Positions 51,249 through 61,492 of a stretch of 64,000 nt of DNA are shown here, in pieces. Source of the stretch: an uncultured Planctomycetia bacterium. GTDB lineage: Bacteria; Omnitrophota; Gorgyraeia; Duberdicusellales; 4484-171. Each line of letters begins with the position of its first letter. Position 1 is the stretch's first letter. Below the pieces are notes generated by a model. The model did no database searches. It worked only from the letters and a program-made list of their open reading frames with translations, and had not been told where the DNA came from. The stretch is from positions 396,878-460,877 of the forward strand of contig CAZVQU010000002.1 of NCBI GenBank assembly GCA_964629655.1. Reading direction: 5' to 3'. Both the position numbers and the translations under genes were made by a program.

Positions 51249-52511
51249 TTATACCACTTCAGTTGGGTTAGTAATCCTGCCGGTAATCGAACTTGCTGCT
51301 GCTACTGCCGGCGATGAGAGATAAACAAAACTCTTGGGATGCCCCATCCTACCAATAAAATTCCTGTTAGTAGTAGCCAAGGCGACTTCACCTTGATCTA
51401 GGATTCCAGTATGCCCGCCCAGACAAGGCCCACAAGTAGGCGATGAAACTATAAACCCAGCCTTATGAAAAATCTCTAAATACTTTCTTCTTTCAGCCTC
51501 CTGATAAATCTTAGGGGTAGCCGGAATAACAATTGCTCTCAAACCCTTTTTCACTCTCTTACCTTTTAATATCTTAGCCGAAACTTCTAAATCACTTATT
51601 CTGCCATTGGTGCAGGAACCAATTACGATTTGATCTATCTTAACCTTCCTACACTTATCTACACTGCTTACATTACTGGGAAGATGCGGGCAAGCAACCT
51701 GAGGCTTTAACTTACTGATATCAATATCAATAATCTTGCTATACCTAGCATCAGGATCGCTTTTTTCAATCTTTATATTCCTCAGCTTAGGATTAGCTTT
51801 TCTTGCGTAATCAAAGGTCTTTTTATCCGGCTCAATAACTCCGCCCTTGCCCCCGGCCTCAATGGCCATATTGCACATTGCAAACCGGTCGTCAATCTTT
51901 AAATTTCTAATTGCCGGTCCGGAAAACTCCATGACCTTATATAAAGCTCCATCTACCCCGATCTTACCAATAGTATGCAGCATAAGGTCTTTACCGCCTA
52001 CCCAGGCTGGAAATTTCCCATGGTAAATAAATTTTATGGTCTCAGGAACCTTAAACCAACACTTACCGGTAGCAATAGCTGCAGCTAAATCAGTTGAGCC
52101 AACACCAAAGCTTGCTGCTCCCAAAGCACCGTAAGTGCAAGTATGAGAATCTGCTCCAATTACTAAATCCATCGGCTTCACTAAACCAGTCTCAGGTAAA
52201 AAAGCATGTTCTACCCCACACTTATCAATATCATAGAAGTGCTTTATCTTAAAAGTTTGAGCAAATTTTCTTAAACCCTTTACGTTATTGGCAGCTTTTA
52301 AGTCTCGGGCTGGAGTAAAGTGGTCACAGATAAGCCCAATCTTTGATCTGTCAAATACCTTTTTAAAACCAGCCCGCCTAAACTCCTTAACTGCCAAGGG
52401 CGCAGTTATATCATTGCCGAAGCAGAAATCTACCTTAGCATAGATAAAGTCTTCCAGCTTACCGGATAAAGAGTGCTTAAGAAGAATTTTTTCAATTAAA
52501 GTTAAACCCAT
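51249..52511 (-). CDS. leuC: 3-isopropylmalate dehydratase large subunit (short, 420-aa type)
   Basis: Aconitase-family Fe-S cysteine ligands (…GSCTNGR…, …SPTCGPCLG…). Confidence 0.85.
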   Translation of the reverse strand: MGLTLIEKILLKHSLSGKLEDFIYAKVDFCFGNDITAPLAVKEFRRAGFKKVFDRSKIGLICDHFTPARDLKAANNVKGLRKFAQTFKIKHFYDIDKCGVEHAFLPETGLVKPMDLVIGADSHTCTYGALGAASFGVGSTDLAAAIATGKCWFKVPETIKFIYHGKFPAWVGGKDLMLHTIGKIGVDGALYKVMEFSGPAIRNLKIDDRFAMCNMAIEAGGKGGVIEPDKKTFDYARKANPKLRNIKIEKSDPDARYSKIIDIDISKLKPQVACPHLPSNVSSVDKCRKVKIDQIVIGSCTNGRISDLEVSAKILKGKRVKKGLRAIVIPATPKIYQEAERRKYLEIFHKAGFIVSSPTCGPCLGGHTGILDQGEVALATTNRNFIGRMGHPKSFVYLSSPAVAAASSITGRITNPTEVV

Positions 52512-52543
52512 ATTTAAATAGTTGCAATTGGAAAATTTATAAC

Positions 52544-53779
52544 TTACTTGAGTTTTTTTACCAAGAGAGTGGCGTTATGACCTCCGAACCCTAAAGAATT
52601 AGACATGACGACTTTTACATCTTCGGCCTTAGCTTCGTTAGGTGTATAATTCAAATCACATTCAGGATCAGGATTTTCATAATTTATTGTAGGAGGAATA
52701 ATCTTATTTTTAAGAGCTAAACAACAAGCAATAAATTCAATGGCACCGGCAGCACCTAAGGTATGGCCAGTCATTGATTTTGTAGAACTGATTAAGACTT
52801 CTTTAGCATAAGAACCAAAGGTGCTCTTTACAGCTTTGGTTTCCATGACATCATTTAACTTTGTACTGGTTCCATGAGCATTGAGATAAATTTTCTGATC
52901 CTTTGATACACCAGCCTCATCCAAGGCAAGGGACATTGCTTTTGAAGCTGCGCCACCTTCAGGATCAGGCGCTGTTATATGAAAAGCATCACAAGTTGCT
53001 CCGTATCCGGATAATTCTCCATAGATAAAAGCACCTCTGGCCTTAGCATGCTCTAATTCCTCAAGAACAACAACTCCTGCTCCCTCAGCCATAACAAACC
53101 CATTTCTCTCTAGGTCAAAAGGCCGACTTGCTCTTTGCGGCTCATCATTGCGCTTGGAGAGTGCTTTTAAGGCACAAAAACCGCCTACCCCTAAAGAGCA
53201 TACACAAGCCTCTGTTCCTCCACAGACCATAAGAGTAGCTTTGCCTCCCTTTATTGCCCGATAGCCCTCACCAATAGCATGAGCCCCAGAAGCACAAGCA
53301 GTAACCGTGCAGAAATTAACACCCTTGAGTTTAAACCGTATAGCTATATGCCCGGCAGCTTCATTGGTAATTAACATCGGAATCATAAACGGAGAAAGCC
53401 TTTTTGGCCCTTTCTCAAGAAGAGTTTTATGCTCTCTCTCGATTGTCTCCAAGCTTCCCACACCTGACCCGATAATTACGCCTATTTGATAGGGGTCAAC
53501 TCCCTCTAAATTTAGGCCACAGTCTTCCATAGCTTCTTCTGCAGCTTTAAGAGCAAATTGGACAAAACGCGGGGTTTTTCTCTCGTCTTTGGAAGAAAAA
53601 TTAGAGGGAAGTATGAAATCTTTTACCTCTCCGGCAATTCTAGAATCAAACTCTGTTGCATCGAACTGAGTAATGTCTCCTACACCGCTTTTACCATTAG
53701 TCAAGGAATCCCAAAAAGAATCCTTTCGGTTCCCAACGGGAGAAATAACACCACACCCGGTTACAACTACTCGTTTCAT
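52544..53779 (-). CDS. fabF: beta-ketoacyl-ACP synthase II
   Basis: KAS II fold. Active-site Cys in CTVTACASGAHAIG. HGTST and GHTLGAAG motifs. Confidence 0.9.
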   Translation of the reverse strand: MKRVVVTGCGVISPVGNRKDSFWDSLTNGKSGVGDITQFDATEFDSRIAGEVKDFILPSNFSSKDERKTPRFVQFALKAAEEAMEDCGLNLEGVDPYQIGVIIGSGVGSLETIEREHKTLLEKGPKRLSPFMIPMLITNEAAGHIAIRFKLKGVNFCTVTACASGAHAIGEGYRAIKGGKATLMVCGGTEACVCSLGVGGFCALKALSKRNDEPQRASRPFDLERNGFVMAEGAGVVVLEELEHAKARGAFIYGELSGYGATCDAFHITAPDPEGGAASKAMSLALDEAGVSKDQKIYLNAHGTSTKLNDVMETKAVKSTFGSYAKEVLISSTKSMTGHTLGAAGAIEFIACCLALKNKIIPPTINYENPDPECDLNYTPNEAKAEDVKVVMSNSLGFGGHNATLLVKKLK

Positions 53780-53791
53780 CTTTTCAAAAAA

Positions 53792-54037
53792 CTAGGCTTC
53801 TTTCTTATTAATCTTTTCGTCGATATACTTAACCGCATCACCAACAGTAGTAATCTTTTCAGCATCTTCATCAGGAATCTCTATTCCGAATTCCTCTTCT
53901 AAAGCCATAACCACTTCTACTGTATCTAGAGAATCTGCTCCTAGATCATCAATAAAGGAACTCTCTGGCTTAATTTCTTCTTTTTTTACTCCTAGCTGTT
54001 CGGAAATAATGCCCTTTACCTTTTCGTCAACACTCAT
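53792..54037 (-). CDS. acpP: acyl carrier protein
   Basis: [21 protein letters not shown] phosphopantetheine-attachment motif. 81 aa. Confidence 0.9.
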   Translation of the reverse strand: MSVDEKVKGIISEQLGVKKEEIKPESSFIDDLGADSLDTVEVVMALEEEFGIEIPDEDAEKITTVGDAVKYIDEKINKKEA

Positions 54038-54061
54038 CTTTAAACCTCCTTTTGAATTTGC

Positions 54062-54796
54062 TTAAATCATTCCGCCATCAACTACCAAGACTTGACCAGT
54101 TATATAGTCAGTCTCCTCTGAGGCTAAAAACAATACTGCCCTAGCTACATCATCTGGTGTACCAAATCTATTTAAAGGTATTCTCTTTAACATCTCCTCT
54201 TTGACCTTATCCGATAAAACATCGGTCATCTTGGTCTGGATATAGCCCGGGGCAACAGCATTAACGCAAATATTCCTTGAACCCAGCTCCTTAGCAAAAG
54301 TCTTGGTTAACCCGATTAGACCAGCCTTGGATGCTGAATAATTTGCCTGCCCAGGATTACCAATTATCCCGATAATTGAAGAGATATTAATTATCTTGCC
54401 CTGGCGCTGTCTTACCATATATTTTGCGCAGAGCTTGGAGCACAAAAATGCCCCCTTTAAATTCACTGTAATTACCTTATCCCAATCACTTTCAGAGAGC
54501 CTCAGGGCCAAATTATCCCTGGTTATGCCTGCATTGTTAATTAATATATCAATCTTTGAGGAGTTGTCAATAATTTTGTTTAAGGCTTCCTCAACTCCTT
54601 TGCTATCAGCGACATTGACAACATAATATAAGCACTCACTATGGCTGGAAAGCTCCTTTTGGGCTTGTTTTAGGGTTTCCTCAACCAGGTCTAAAATCAC
54701 TACCTTAGCCTTAAGCTTAGCAAAATTTAGGGCAATCTGCCGGCCTATGCCCTGGGCAGCTCCGGTAACTACAACAACTTTGCCTTCAAAATTCAT
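54062..54796 (-). CDS. fabG: 3-oxoacyl-ACP reductase
   Basis: SDR motifs: TGAAQGIGRQIA near the N-terminus and the YSASKAG catalytic tetrad. Confidence 0.9.
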   Translation of the reverse strand: MNFEGKVVVVTGAAQGIGRQIALNFAKLKAKVVILDLVEETLKQAQKELSSHSECLYYVVNVADSKGVEEALNKIIDNSSKIDILINNAGITRDNLALRLSESDWDKVITVNLKGAFLCSKLCAKYMVRQRQGKIINISSIIGIIGNPGQANYSASKAGLIGLTKTFAKELGSRNICVNAVAPGYIQTKMTDVLSDKVKEEMLKRIPLNRFGTPDDVARAVLFLASEETDYITGQVLVVDGGMI

Positions 54797-54814
54797 ATAT
54801 CCTCCTTAAAAGTT

Positions 54815-55720
54815 CTAGCCCAGGGACAAACTCTCTAAATCCTGGCTTTCTCCGAGGTTAACAACCTTAACCTGGCGGTCTATCTTTCTGATTAGACCAC
54901 GTAAGACCTTTGACGGACCAATCTCGAAAAATAGATCTACTCCGGCTTTTACCATAAAGCCTACGCAATCATTCCATAAAACCGGTGATGTTAATTGTTC
55001 TAAGAGATTTTTCTTAATTTCTTCGGCATTAGTATGGCCTTTAGCTGTAAAATTACTAACAATAGGAACTTCAGCGTCAGAAAACTTCATCTGGGAGATA
55101 ACGCTTGCTAAATGCTCCTTGGCCGAACTCATAAACGGTGAATGAAAACCGCCACTGACTACTAACTCGATAACTCTTGCTCCAGCAGCTTCTAAAACTT
55201 TTAATATCTCATCTTTCCTTGATTTTTCTAAAGAAATGACTATCTGCTGAGGTGAATTTATGTTAGCGATATAAAAATTTTCTTTTTTCGCTATATCCTC
55301 TGCTGTCTCTCTCTCAAGGCCGATAACTGCAAACATAGTAGAGGGGTTGGCTATGGCTGAGTTATGCATTGCCCCAGCTCGCTCGCGCACTAAGATTACT
55401 AAGTCTTCTAAGCTTAAAACTCCAGCGGCATATAAACAGCTATACTCACCTAAACTTAATCCTGATAAATAATCTACTTTTGACTCTTTTTGCTTAAAGA
55501 CCTCAAAAGCGGATAAACTAACTGCTAAAATAGCCAACTGCTGGGTTGATGTTTCTTTAAGTTCAGATTCTTGGCCATGGAAACACTTCTTAGATAAAGA
55601 AAACCCTAAAATCCTGTCTATCGAGGAAAAAATACTCTTAGCTTGAGAAAAATTCTCACAGAGACTCCTGCCCATTCCTACATATTGAGCGCCTTGACCA
55701 GGAAAGATTACTGCTTGCAT
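54815..55720 (-). CDS. fabD: malonyl-CoA:ACP transacylase. The start is chosen at MQAVIFPGQGAQ; the track ORF extends to 55738.
   Basis: FPGQGAQ and GLSLGEYS active-site serine motif. Confidence 0.85.
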   Translation of the reverse strand: MQAVIFPGQGAQYVGMGRSLCENFSQAKSIFSSIDRILGFSLSKKCFHGQESELKETSTQQLAILAVSLSAFEVFKQKESKVDYLSGLSLGEYSCLYAAGVLSLEDLVILVRERAGAMHNSAIANPSTMFAVIGLERETAEDIAKKENFYIANINSPQQIVISLEKSRKDEILKVLEAAGARVIELVVSGGFHSPFMSSAKEHLASVISQMKFSDAEVPIVSNFTAKGHTNAEEIKKNLLEQLTSPVLWNDCVGFMVKAGVDLFFEIGPSKVLRGLIRKIDRQVKVVNLGESQDLESLSLG

Positions 55721-55728
55721 CTTTTTGT

Positions 55729-56709
55729 TTAAACCCACCTAATTACGCAACTACCCCAGACTAGCCCCCCGCCAAAAGCATCCAAAACTACGATATCATT
55801 CTTGTTAATCTTTTTCTCTTCCCAGGCCTCGCATAAAGCTACGGCACTGGAAGCAGAAGACATGTTTCCGTAACGGGCAATATTTAAATAAATCTTATCT
55901 TGAGGAATATGAAGGCGTTGTGCTACCGCAGTTATTATTCTCTCATTAGCTTGGTGAGGGATAAACAGATCTACATCACTCTTGTTTAAATCAGCCTGGG
56001 CTAAAGCCTTATCTGCTGCGTGAACCATTATTCTAACAGCAAACCGAAAAAGCTCATTACCTTTCATCTTCATGTAATGAAGCCTTTTTTCTATAATTTC
56101 AGAAGAAATTGGATTACGCGAACCTCCTCCAGGCATATTTAAAATTTCGGCCTGAGAACCATCTGAGCCTAAGTAAGCGCTTAGAAAACCCTCACTTTCA
56201 CTTTCAGTTAGGACTGCAGCTCCGGCTCCGTCTCCGAATAAAACGCAAGTAGAACGATCTTCCCAATCAGTTATTGTAGAAAGAACTTCGCTTCCGACTA
56301 CCAAGGCATTCCTGTATAAACCACCCTTTATAAACTGCCAGGCGCTGGCTAAACCATATACAAAACCGGCACAAGCAGCAGAGACATCAAAACAAGCAGC
56401 TTTCTTAGCCTTTAAATGGTTTTGGAGATGACAAGCAGTAGAAGGAAATTGAGTGTCAGGAGTAATTGTAGCAACAATAATTAGATCCAAATCTTTAGGA
56501 TCTATCCCTGCACGCTCTAAAGCAATTTTTGAAGCTTGGTGAGCTAGGCCAGAAGCCCCTATCCCTTTTTCGGCAATTCTCCTCTCCTTTATACCAGTGC
56601 GAGTAGTAATCCACTGATCAGAGGTATCAACCATCTTCTCTAAATCGGAATTGAGCAGACGTTTAGGCGGCAAGTACTTGCCTAATCCCACTATCTTGGC
56701 AGACTTCAT
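55729..56709 (-). CDS. fabH: beta-ketoacyl-ACP synthase III
   Basis: Catalytic Cys at FDVSAACAGFVYGL. His/Asn region HQAN…, GNMSSAS. Confidence 0.85.
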   Translation of the reverse strand: MKSAKIVGLGKYLPPKRLLNSDLEKMVDTSDQWITTRTGIKERRIAEKGIGASGLAHQASKIALERAGIDPKDLDLIIVATITPDTQFPSTACHLQNHLKAKKAACFDVSAACAGFVYGLASAWQFIKGGLYRNALVVGSEVLSTITDWEDRSTCVLFGDGAGAAVLTESESEGFLSAYLGSDGSQAEILNMPGGGSRNPISSEIIEKRLHYMKMKGNELFRFAVRIMVHAADKALAQADLNKSDVDLFIPHQANERIITAVAQRLHIPQDKIYLNIARYGNMSSASSAVALCEAWEEKKINKNDIVVLDAFGGGLVWGSCVIRWV

Positions 56710-57694
56710 TAATTCTCCTATTAATCGTTGCAGTTAAATCTTGGGATAGCTCGCGAACAGCCGCTTTAATAGCATTCTTAACTGCTAAACTATTAGAACG
56801 GCCGTGGCCGATGATTACGATTCCATCTACCCCTAAAAGAGGCGCTCCTCCATGTTCAGCATAATCAATGGTGCTCTTAAATTCTTGGAGGCTCTTCTTG
56901 GCTAATAAAAGACTGATTTTACCTAGAATTCCTTTTTTCATAGCTTTAACGAGAAGTCTACCTACGGTCTCAACGCTTCCCTCAGCAACCTTTAGGGCAA
57001 TATTGCCCACAAAACCATCACAGACTATGCAATCGCACTTGCCAGAAAAGATTTCGCGGGCTTCCATATTCCCGGTAAAATTTAAAGGTGAAAGTGAGAG
57101 AAGTCTATGTACCTGCTTTAGGATACCTAATCCCTTTGAAGCTTCTTCGCCAATATTAAGTAATCCTACACTAGGATTTTCCTTATTTAGTACTAGATCA
57201 TAGTAGACTGACGCCATTATCCCATATTGCAAGAGATGAAGGGGCTTGCAATCAATATTAGCACCGACATCAATGATTAAAGATACACCTTTTTTTGTAG
57301 GAAGGGTTAAGGCAATACCCGGACGCTCCACTCCTTTGATTAAACCTAATCTTAAGGTAGAAGCACAGACTACTGCTCCGGTATTTCCGCAGGAGACAAA
57401 AGCATCTATTTTTTTATCTTTAAGAAGGCTAGTGCCGATTACAATTGATGAATTCTTCTTTTTACGTATCGAACTAACCGGCGGTTCAGCCATTCCAATC
57501 TTCTCCGGTGCATCGACAATCATAAAACCATCGGCGCAAGCTTTGTTGAGCGCTAGCTGTTCTCTGATCTCTTTCTCATCGCCGATTAAAACAATATCCT
57601 CAACTAGCTCTTTTTTAGCTAGCAAAGCTCCTTTGATGATTTCTCCCGGTGCAGAATCTCCGCCAGATATATCTATACCGATTTTATAACTCAT
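56663..57694 (-). CDS. plsX: phosphate acyltransferase PlsX
   Basis: PlsX family: KIGIDISGGDSAPGEIIKGALLA and conserved downstream blocks. Synteny: rpmF-plsX-fabH. Confidence 0.85.
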   Translation of the reverse strand: MSYKIGIDISGGDSAPGEIIKGALLAKKELVEDIVLIGDEKEIREQLALNKACADGFMIVDAPEKIGMAEPPVSSIRKKKNSSIVIGTSLLKDKKIDAFVSCGNTGAVVCASTLRLGLIKGVERPGIALTLPTKKGVSLIIDVGANIDCKPLHLLQYGIMASVYYDLVLNKENPSVGLLNIGEEASKGLGILKQVHRLLSLSPLNFTGNMEAREIFSGKCDCIVCDGFVGNIALKVAEGSVETVGRLLVKAMKKGILGKISLLLAKKSLQEFKSTIDYAEHGGAPLLGVDGIVIIGHGRSNSLAVKNAIKAAVRELSQDLTATINRRINEVCQDSGIRQVLAA

Positions 57695-57897
57695 CTACCT
57701 TTCTTTTTCTTCTTTTCTTTTTTCTCAACTTTAATAATTTCTCTATTAGCATAGTACCCACAAAAAGGACAGATCATGTGGGCTGGTTTAGGCTGCCGAC
57801 ATTGTTTGCAATCCACTAATGAAGGAGAAGATAATTTCTGGTGGGTTCTTCTTTTCCCTCTTCGAGAAGAAGAGTGCTTTCTTTTAGGATGTGCCAT
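57691..57897 (-). CDS. rpmF: 50S ribosomal protein L32 (zinc-ribbon form)
   Basis: MAHPKRKHSSSRRGKRRTHQKL N-terminus. C..C…CPFCG zinc ribbon. Confidence 0.85.
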   Translation of the reverse strand: MAHPKRKHSSSRRGKRRTHQKLSSPSLVDCKQCRQPKPAHMICPFCGYYANREIIKVEKKEKKKKKGR

Positions 57898-57954
57898 TTA
57901 TTTACCTCCTTTAAGGCGATGTATCTTAAATCTCATTTTCTATATCTTTATCTA

Positions 57955-58362
57955 TTACTGACAATTACACTCTTGGTGATTTAGATCTAACCCACAGCGA
58001 GAGCATACCCCTTTGCAATCCCCGCTGCATAAAGCTTGCATCGGGAAATTAAGCAGTATATCCTCCCGGATATCTTCATTAATCTCAAGGCACTCTCCAA
58101 CTTCACTATCCTTGTAGGCTTTAGTAAAGCTCTGCTCTACGGCCTGACGGGTTTTTTGCAAGCAGCGTGCACAAACAACATCCCTATGGGTAGTTACCAA
58201 AGTCTCGGCTACTATCTCATCCCCAACTCTAAAGAATTTACATTTAAGGTGGATAGAATCTACAAAGGCAATATCAGAAGAGTCTAGCTCCCAGGAAGAA
58301 GCTGGTATCTCCTCCTCTATCTCGATTGCTTTATCTCTTATTTTTTCTACTTTTATCTTCAT
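57955..58362 (-). CDS. yceD: YceD/DUF177 family protein (large-subunit rRNA accumulation protein)
   Basis: Conserved position directly upstream of rpmF. C-terminal CARC…C..C cysteine cluster. Confidence 0.7.
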   Translation of the reverse strand: MKIKVEKIRDKAIEIEEEIPASSWELDSSDIAFVDSIHLKCKFFRVGDEIVAETLVTTHRDVVCARCLQKTRQAVEQSFTKAYKDSEVGECLEINEDIREDILLNFPMQALCSGDCKGVCSRCGLDLNHQECNCQ

Positions 58363-58834
58363 TTAACTTATTTTTTAAAGCCTTTACTACTACCGGAGGT
58401 AAAAACTTTTTCAAATCAGCTCCCAAGCAAGCCGCCTCTTTTATAAGACGCGAAGAAATAAAGGAGTACTCGGGATGCGGCATAAGAAAGATCGTCTCTA
58501 CTCCCGGAGCAAGGTTACGATTGGTCAAGGCCATCTGAAACTCGTACTCAAAGTCCGAGATCATCCTTAGCCCTCTTACTATGACCTTAGCCTTTCTCTT
58601 GTTAGCAAAATCTACTACTAGCCCGTTAAAACCCTCTACTTTAACGCCTTTTATCTTTTCTGTTGCTTCTTTAACTAGCTTAATCCTCTCACTAACAGAG
58701 AATAAAGCATCTTTCGAAGATACCTTTACTACCGAGATTAATACCTCGCCAAAGATAGAGACAGCTCTTTGAATAATATCAATATGCCCATTAGTAATTG
58801 GGTCAAATGTTCCAGGGTAAATAGCTCTATTCAT
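58331..58834 (-). CDS. coaD: phosphopantetheine adenylyltransferase
   Basis: AIYPGTFDPITNGHIDII nucleotidyltransferase H/T-x-G-H motif. 167 aa. Confidence 0.85.
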   Translation of the reverse strand: MNRAIYPGTFDPITNGHIDIIQRAVSIFGEVLISVVKVSSKDALFSVSERIKLVKEATEKIKGVKVEGFNGLVVDFANKRKAKVIVRGLRMISDFEYEFQMALTNRNLAPGVETIFLMPHPEYSFISSRLIKEAACLGADLKKFLPPVVVKALKNKLNEDKSRKNKR

Positions 58835-59375
58835 CTCGCCTATATATCAAGAAAAGGGTCTGGCCGTATTTTTTCTCCACAATAAGAGAAAATCCTCTCC
58901 TAGCCTGAACAAAATCGTTCTTTGTATAGCAAAAAGTTACTATATAACCAGAAGGAGCTACTATATCATAGTCCTCTAGCAGTTGCAAGGTTTTTGTCAA
59001 TAAACCACTATGATAAGGCGGGTCTAAGAAAATAATATCAAAACTCTCCTTGTAGGTAAAAAAATCCTTAATCCCTGAGGCTACGTCCTTTAGGACTACC
59101 TTTTGCTGAGGGTTCAAGCCTAAAGAGGTAAGATTCTTCCTTATGGCATATACGCAACGCCGGTCTGAATCGAGAAATATAGCTTCTCCTGCCCCTTGAG
59201 ACAGGGCTTCTATGCCTAAAGAGCCTGAACCGCCAAAGAGATCCAGGACTCTCTTGCCTTGGATTTCTCCTCTTAAGATGTCGAAACAAGACTTCTTGAC
59301 CCTTAAAGCCACCGGCCGGATGCCCAAAGGAGCAGCTATGTTTCTTCCTTTAAATTTTCCGCCTAAAATCTTCAT
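58827..59375 (-). CDS. rsmD: 16S rRNA (guanine966-N2)-methyltransferase RsmD
   Basis: DLFGGSGSLGIEALSQGA SAM-binding motif. FLDPPY substrate motif. Confidence 0.8.
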   Translation of the reverse strand: MKILGGKFKGRNIAAPLGIRPVALRVKKSCFDILRGEIQGKRVLDLFGGSGSLGIEALSQGAGEAIFLDSDRRCVYAIRKNLTSLGLNPQQKVVLKDVASGIKDFFTYKESFDIIFLDPPYHSGLLTKTLQLLEDYDIVAPSGYIVTFCYTKNDFVQARRGFSLIVEKKYGQTLFLIYRRDE

Positions 59376-59401
59376 TTAATCTATTCCCTCCTAAAAATAG
59401 C

Positions 59402-61492
59402 TCATTTTTCATAAAATAAGCTAAAATCAATATGTCCTCTAAGACAACGGTGACGCGGCTGACTTAGTTGAGGATCTTTCTTTATCACCCTATAAGCCCA
59501 AAAACGGGCTTCTTTTAATACCTCTAAATCCTCTATGGGGTTAGCTACTTTTAAATCCGGTAAACCATGTTGTAAATTGCCAAAGAAATCTCCCGGGCCT
59601 CTCAATCTAAGATCTTCCTCGGCGATTTTGAATCCTGAAGGCTCCTTAGAAATTATCTCAAGACGTCGATGAGCCTCTGGGCTAAGTTTGTCTCTGCTAA
59701 TAAGAATAAAGTAAGGTTGATATTGGGAACGCTGTATTCTGCCACGAAGCTGATGCAGTTGAGCTAAGCCAAACCTTTCGGGATTCTCAACTAGCATAGT
59801 AGTAGCGTTTTCTATATTTAAACCTACCTCAACTACAGTAGTAGAAACTAAGATGTCTGCTTTCTTGTTCTTGAAAGCCTCTATCGTCCTTATTTTTTCT
59901 TCTGCCTTCATCCGGCCATGGAAAATCTTAGCTTTAAATTCAGGAAATTCTTCAACTATTTTCTTATACATTATCTTTAAAGACTTTAAATCTTCATCGC
60001 CGCTTTCTTCAATAACCGGATAAATAATATAAACCTGGCGGCCTTGGTTCAATATTTTTCTCAAAAATCCATAGACCTCCATCCTGCTTTTTTCTTTTAC
60101 CCAACGGGTCACGGCAACCTTCCGGCCTTTAGGCATCTGATTTATCACTGAAGAATCAAGATCACCATATAGGGAAAGCGCTAAGCTTCTTGGAATCGGA
60201 GTAGCGCTCATGACCAAGCAATGAGGGGCAATCTCTCCTTTCTTAGAAAGAAGTGCCCTTTGGGCAACTCCAAATCTATGTTGCTCATCGATTACAACTA
60301 AACCTAATTTCTTAAACTTCACTTTTTTCTGGATAAGAGAATGGGTACCAACGATTACCTTAATTGTTCCGTTTTTTAATCCCTTGTAGATATCCTCTAT
60401 TTCGCTCTTGCTAAGAGATGAAGAGATAACTTTAATTGCTTGGTTTGGGTCGATTTTGGCGAGAAATTTCAATCCCTTCAGGCTCTTAGCTAAAGTCTCT
60501 CTATGCTGAAAGGCTAAGACCTCAGTGGGGACCATGAGAGCAGCCTGAAAACCACAATCAGCACAAATGCCAATAACAAATGTAGCTATTGCGGTCTTGC
60601 CACAGCCGACATCCCCTTGCAAAATTCGATGCATCGGGAAAGGTTTTTCTAAGTCACCTAAAATTTGGGTTAAGGATTTTTCCTGAGACGCGGTTAATTT
60701 AAAACCTAAGTTTTTTCTTATTGTCTCTAATGTAGTCTTTGAAATCTTAAATTTAGCTCCTTGCTGAAAAACCCTCTTAGCTTTGCGAAGATAGACTAAG
60801 ATTTGAGAAAAGAATAGCTCTTCAAAGATAAACCGCTCCCGGACAGCCTGGGCTTGCTCCCAAGAAGCAGGAGAATGCATCTCTTCTAAACTCTTGGCTA
60901 TGTTAGGGATATTTTTCCTTCTTCTTAAATAATAAGGCAAGGGGTCAGAATATTTAGGCAGGTAATTTCTTAGGGCAGAAGAAACTGCTTTTCTCATAAA
61001 CTTCTGGGTAAACCCAGATGGCAATCTATAGATACCGATTATCTTTCCGATTCCTAAAGCTTCCTCATCTTCTTCAACTGCATATTCAGGGGCGATAATT
61101 TGACGGCCGCTGGAGCCAACTCTTAGTTTTCCATAGATAACCAAACCAACACCGGCTTTAATTGTTTCGGATAAATAAGCTTGGTTAAACCAAGTGCAAC
61201 GAATGCTTCCAGTCTCATCCTCGAGAATTGCCTCAAATACACTCCTTATGTTTTTAAGTTTTGGGCGCAAAAAATAAGGGAATTTCTTTAAATTGGTGGT
61301 ACGGACATTCCCCTTAATGCTTGAGAATTCATCAATTTTAAGGCCTTCTATTTTTTTAAAGTTTCTCCTGTCTTGATAACGAAAAGGAAAATAATAAAGG
61401 AGGTCTTTAATACTCCTTACCCCTAAATTATTAAAGAGAACTTCCCGGCGGGGGCCAATGCCCTTAAGGTAACGTAAAGGAGTCTGATTCAT
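59402..61492 (-). CDS. recG: ATP-dependent DNA helicase RecG
   Basis: Wedge/OB N-terminal region. Walker A GDVGCGKTAIA. DEQHRFG (DEAH-type). Motif VI QLHQLRGRIQR. 696 aa. Confidence 0.85.
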   Translation of the reverse strand: MNQTPLRYLKGIGPRREVLFNNLGVRSIKDLLYYFPFRYQDRRNFKKIEGLKIDEFSSIKGNVRTTNLKKFPYFLRPKLKNIRSVFEAILEDETGSIRCTWFNQAYLSETIKAGVGLVIYGKLRVGSSGRQIIAPEYAVEEDEEALGIGKIIGIYRLPSGFTQKFMRKAVSSALRNYLPKYSDPLPYYLRRRKNIPNIAKSLEEMHSPASWEQAQAVRERFIFEELFFSQILVYLRKAKRVFQQGAKFKISKTTLETIRKNLGFKLTASQEKSLTQILGDLEKPFPMHRILQGDVGCGKTAIATFVIGICADCGFQAALMVPTEVLAFQHRETLAKSLKGLKFLAKIDPNQAIKVISSSLSKSEIEDIYKGLKNGTIKVIVGTHSLIQKKVKFKKLGLVVIDEQHRFGVAQRALLSKKGEIAPHCLVMSATPIPRSLALSLYGDLDSSVINQMPKGRKVAVTRWVKEKSRMEVYGFLRKILNQGRQVYIIYPVIEESGDEDLKSLKIMYKKIVEEFPEFKAKIFHGRMKAEEKIRTIEAFKNKKADILVSTTVVEVGLNIENATTMLVENPERFGLAQLHQLRGRIQRSQYQPYFILISRDKLSPEAHRRLEIISKEPSGFKIAEEDLRLRGPGDFFGNLQHGLPDLKVANPIEDLEVLKEARFWAYRVIKKDPQLSQPRHRCLRGHIDFSLFYEK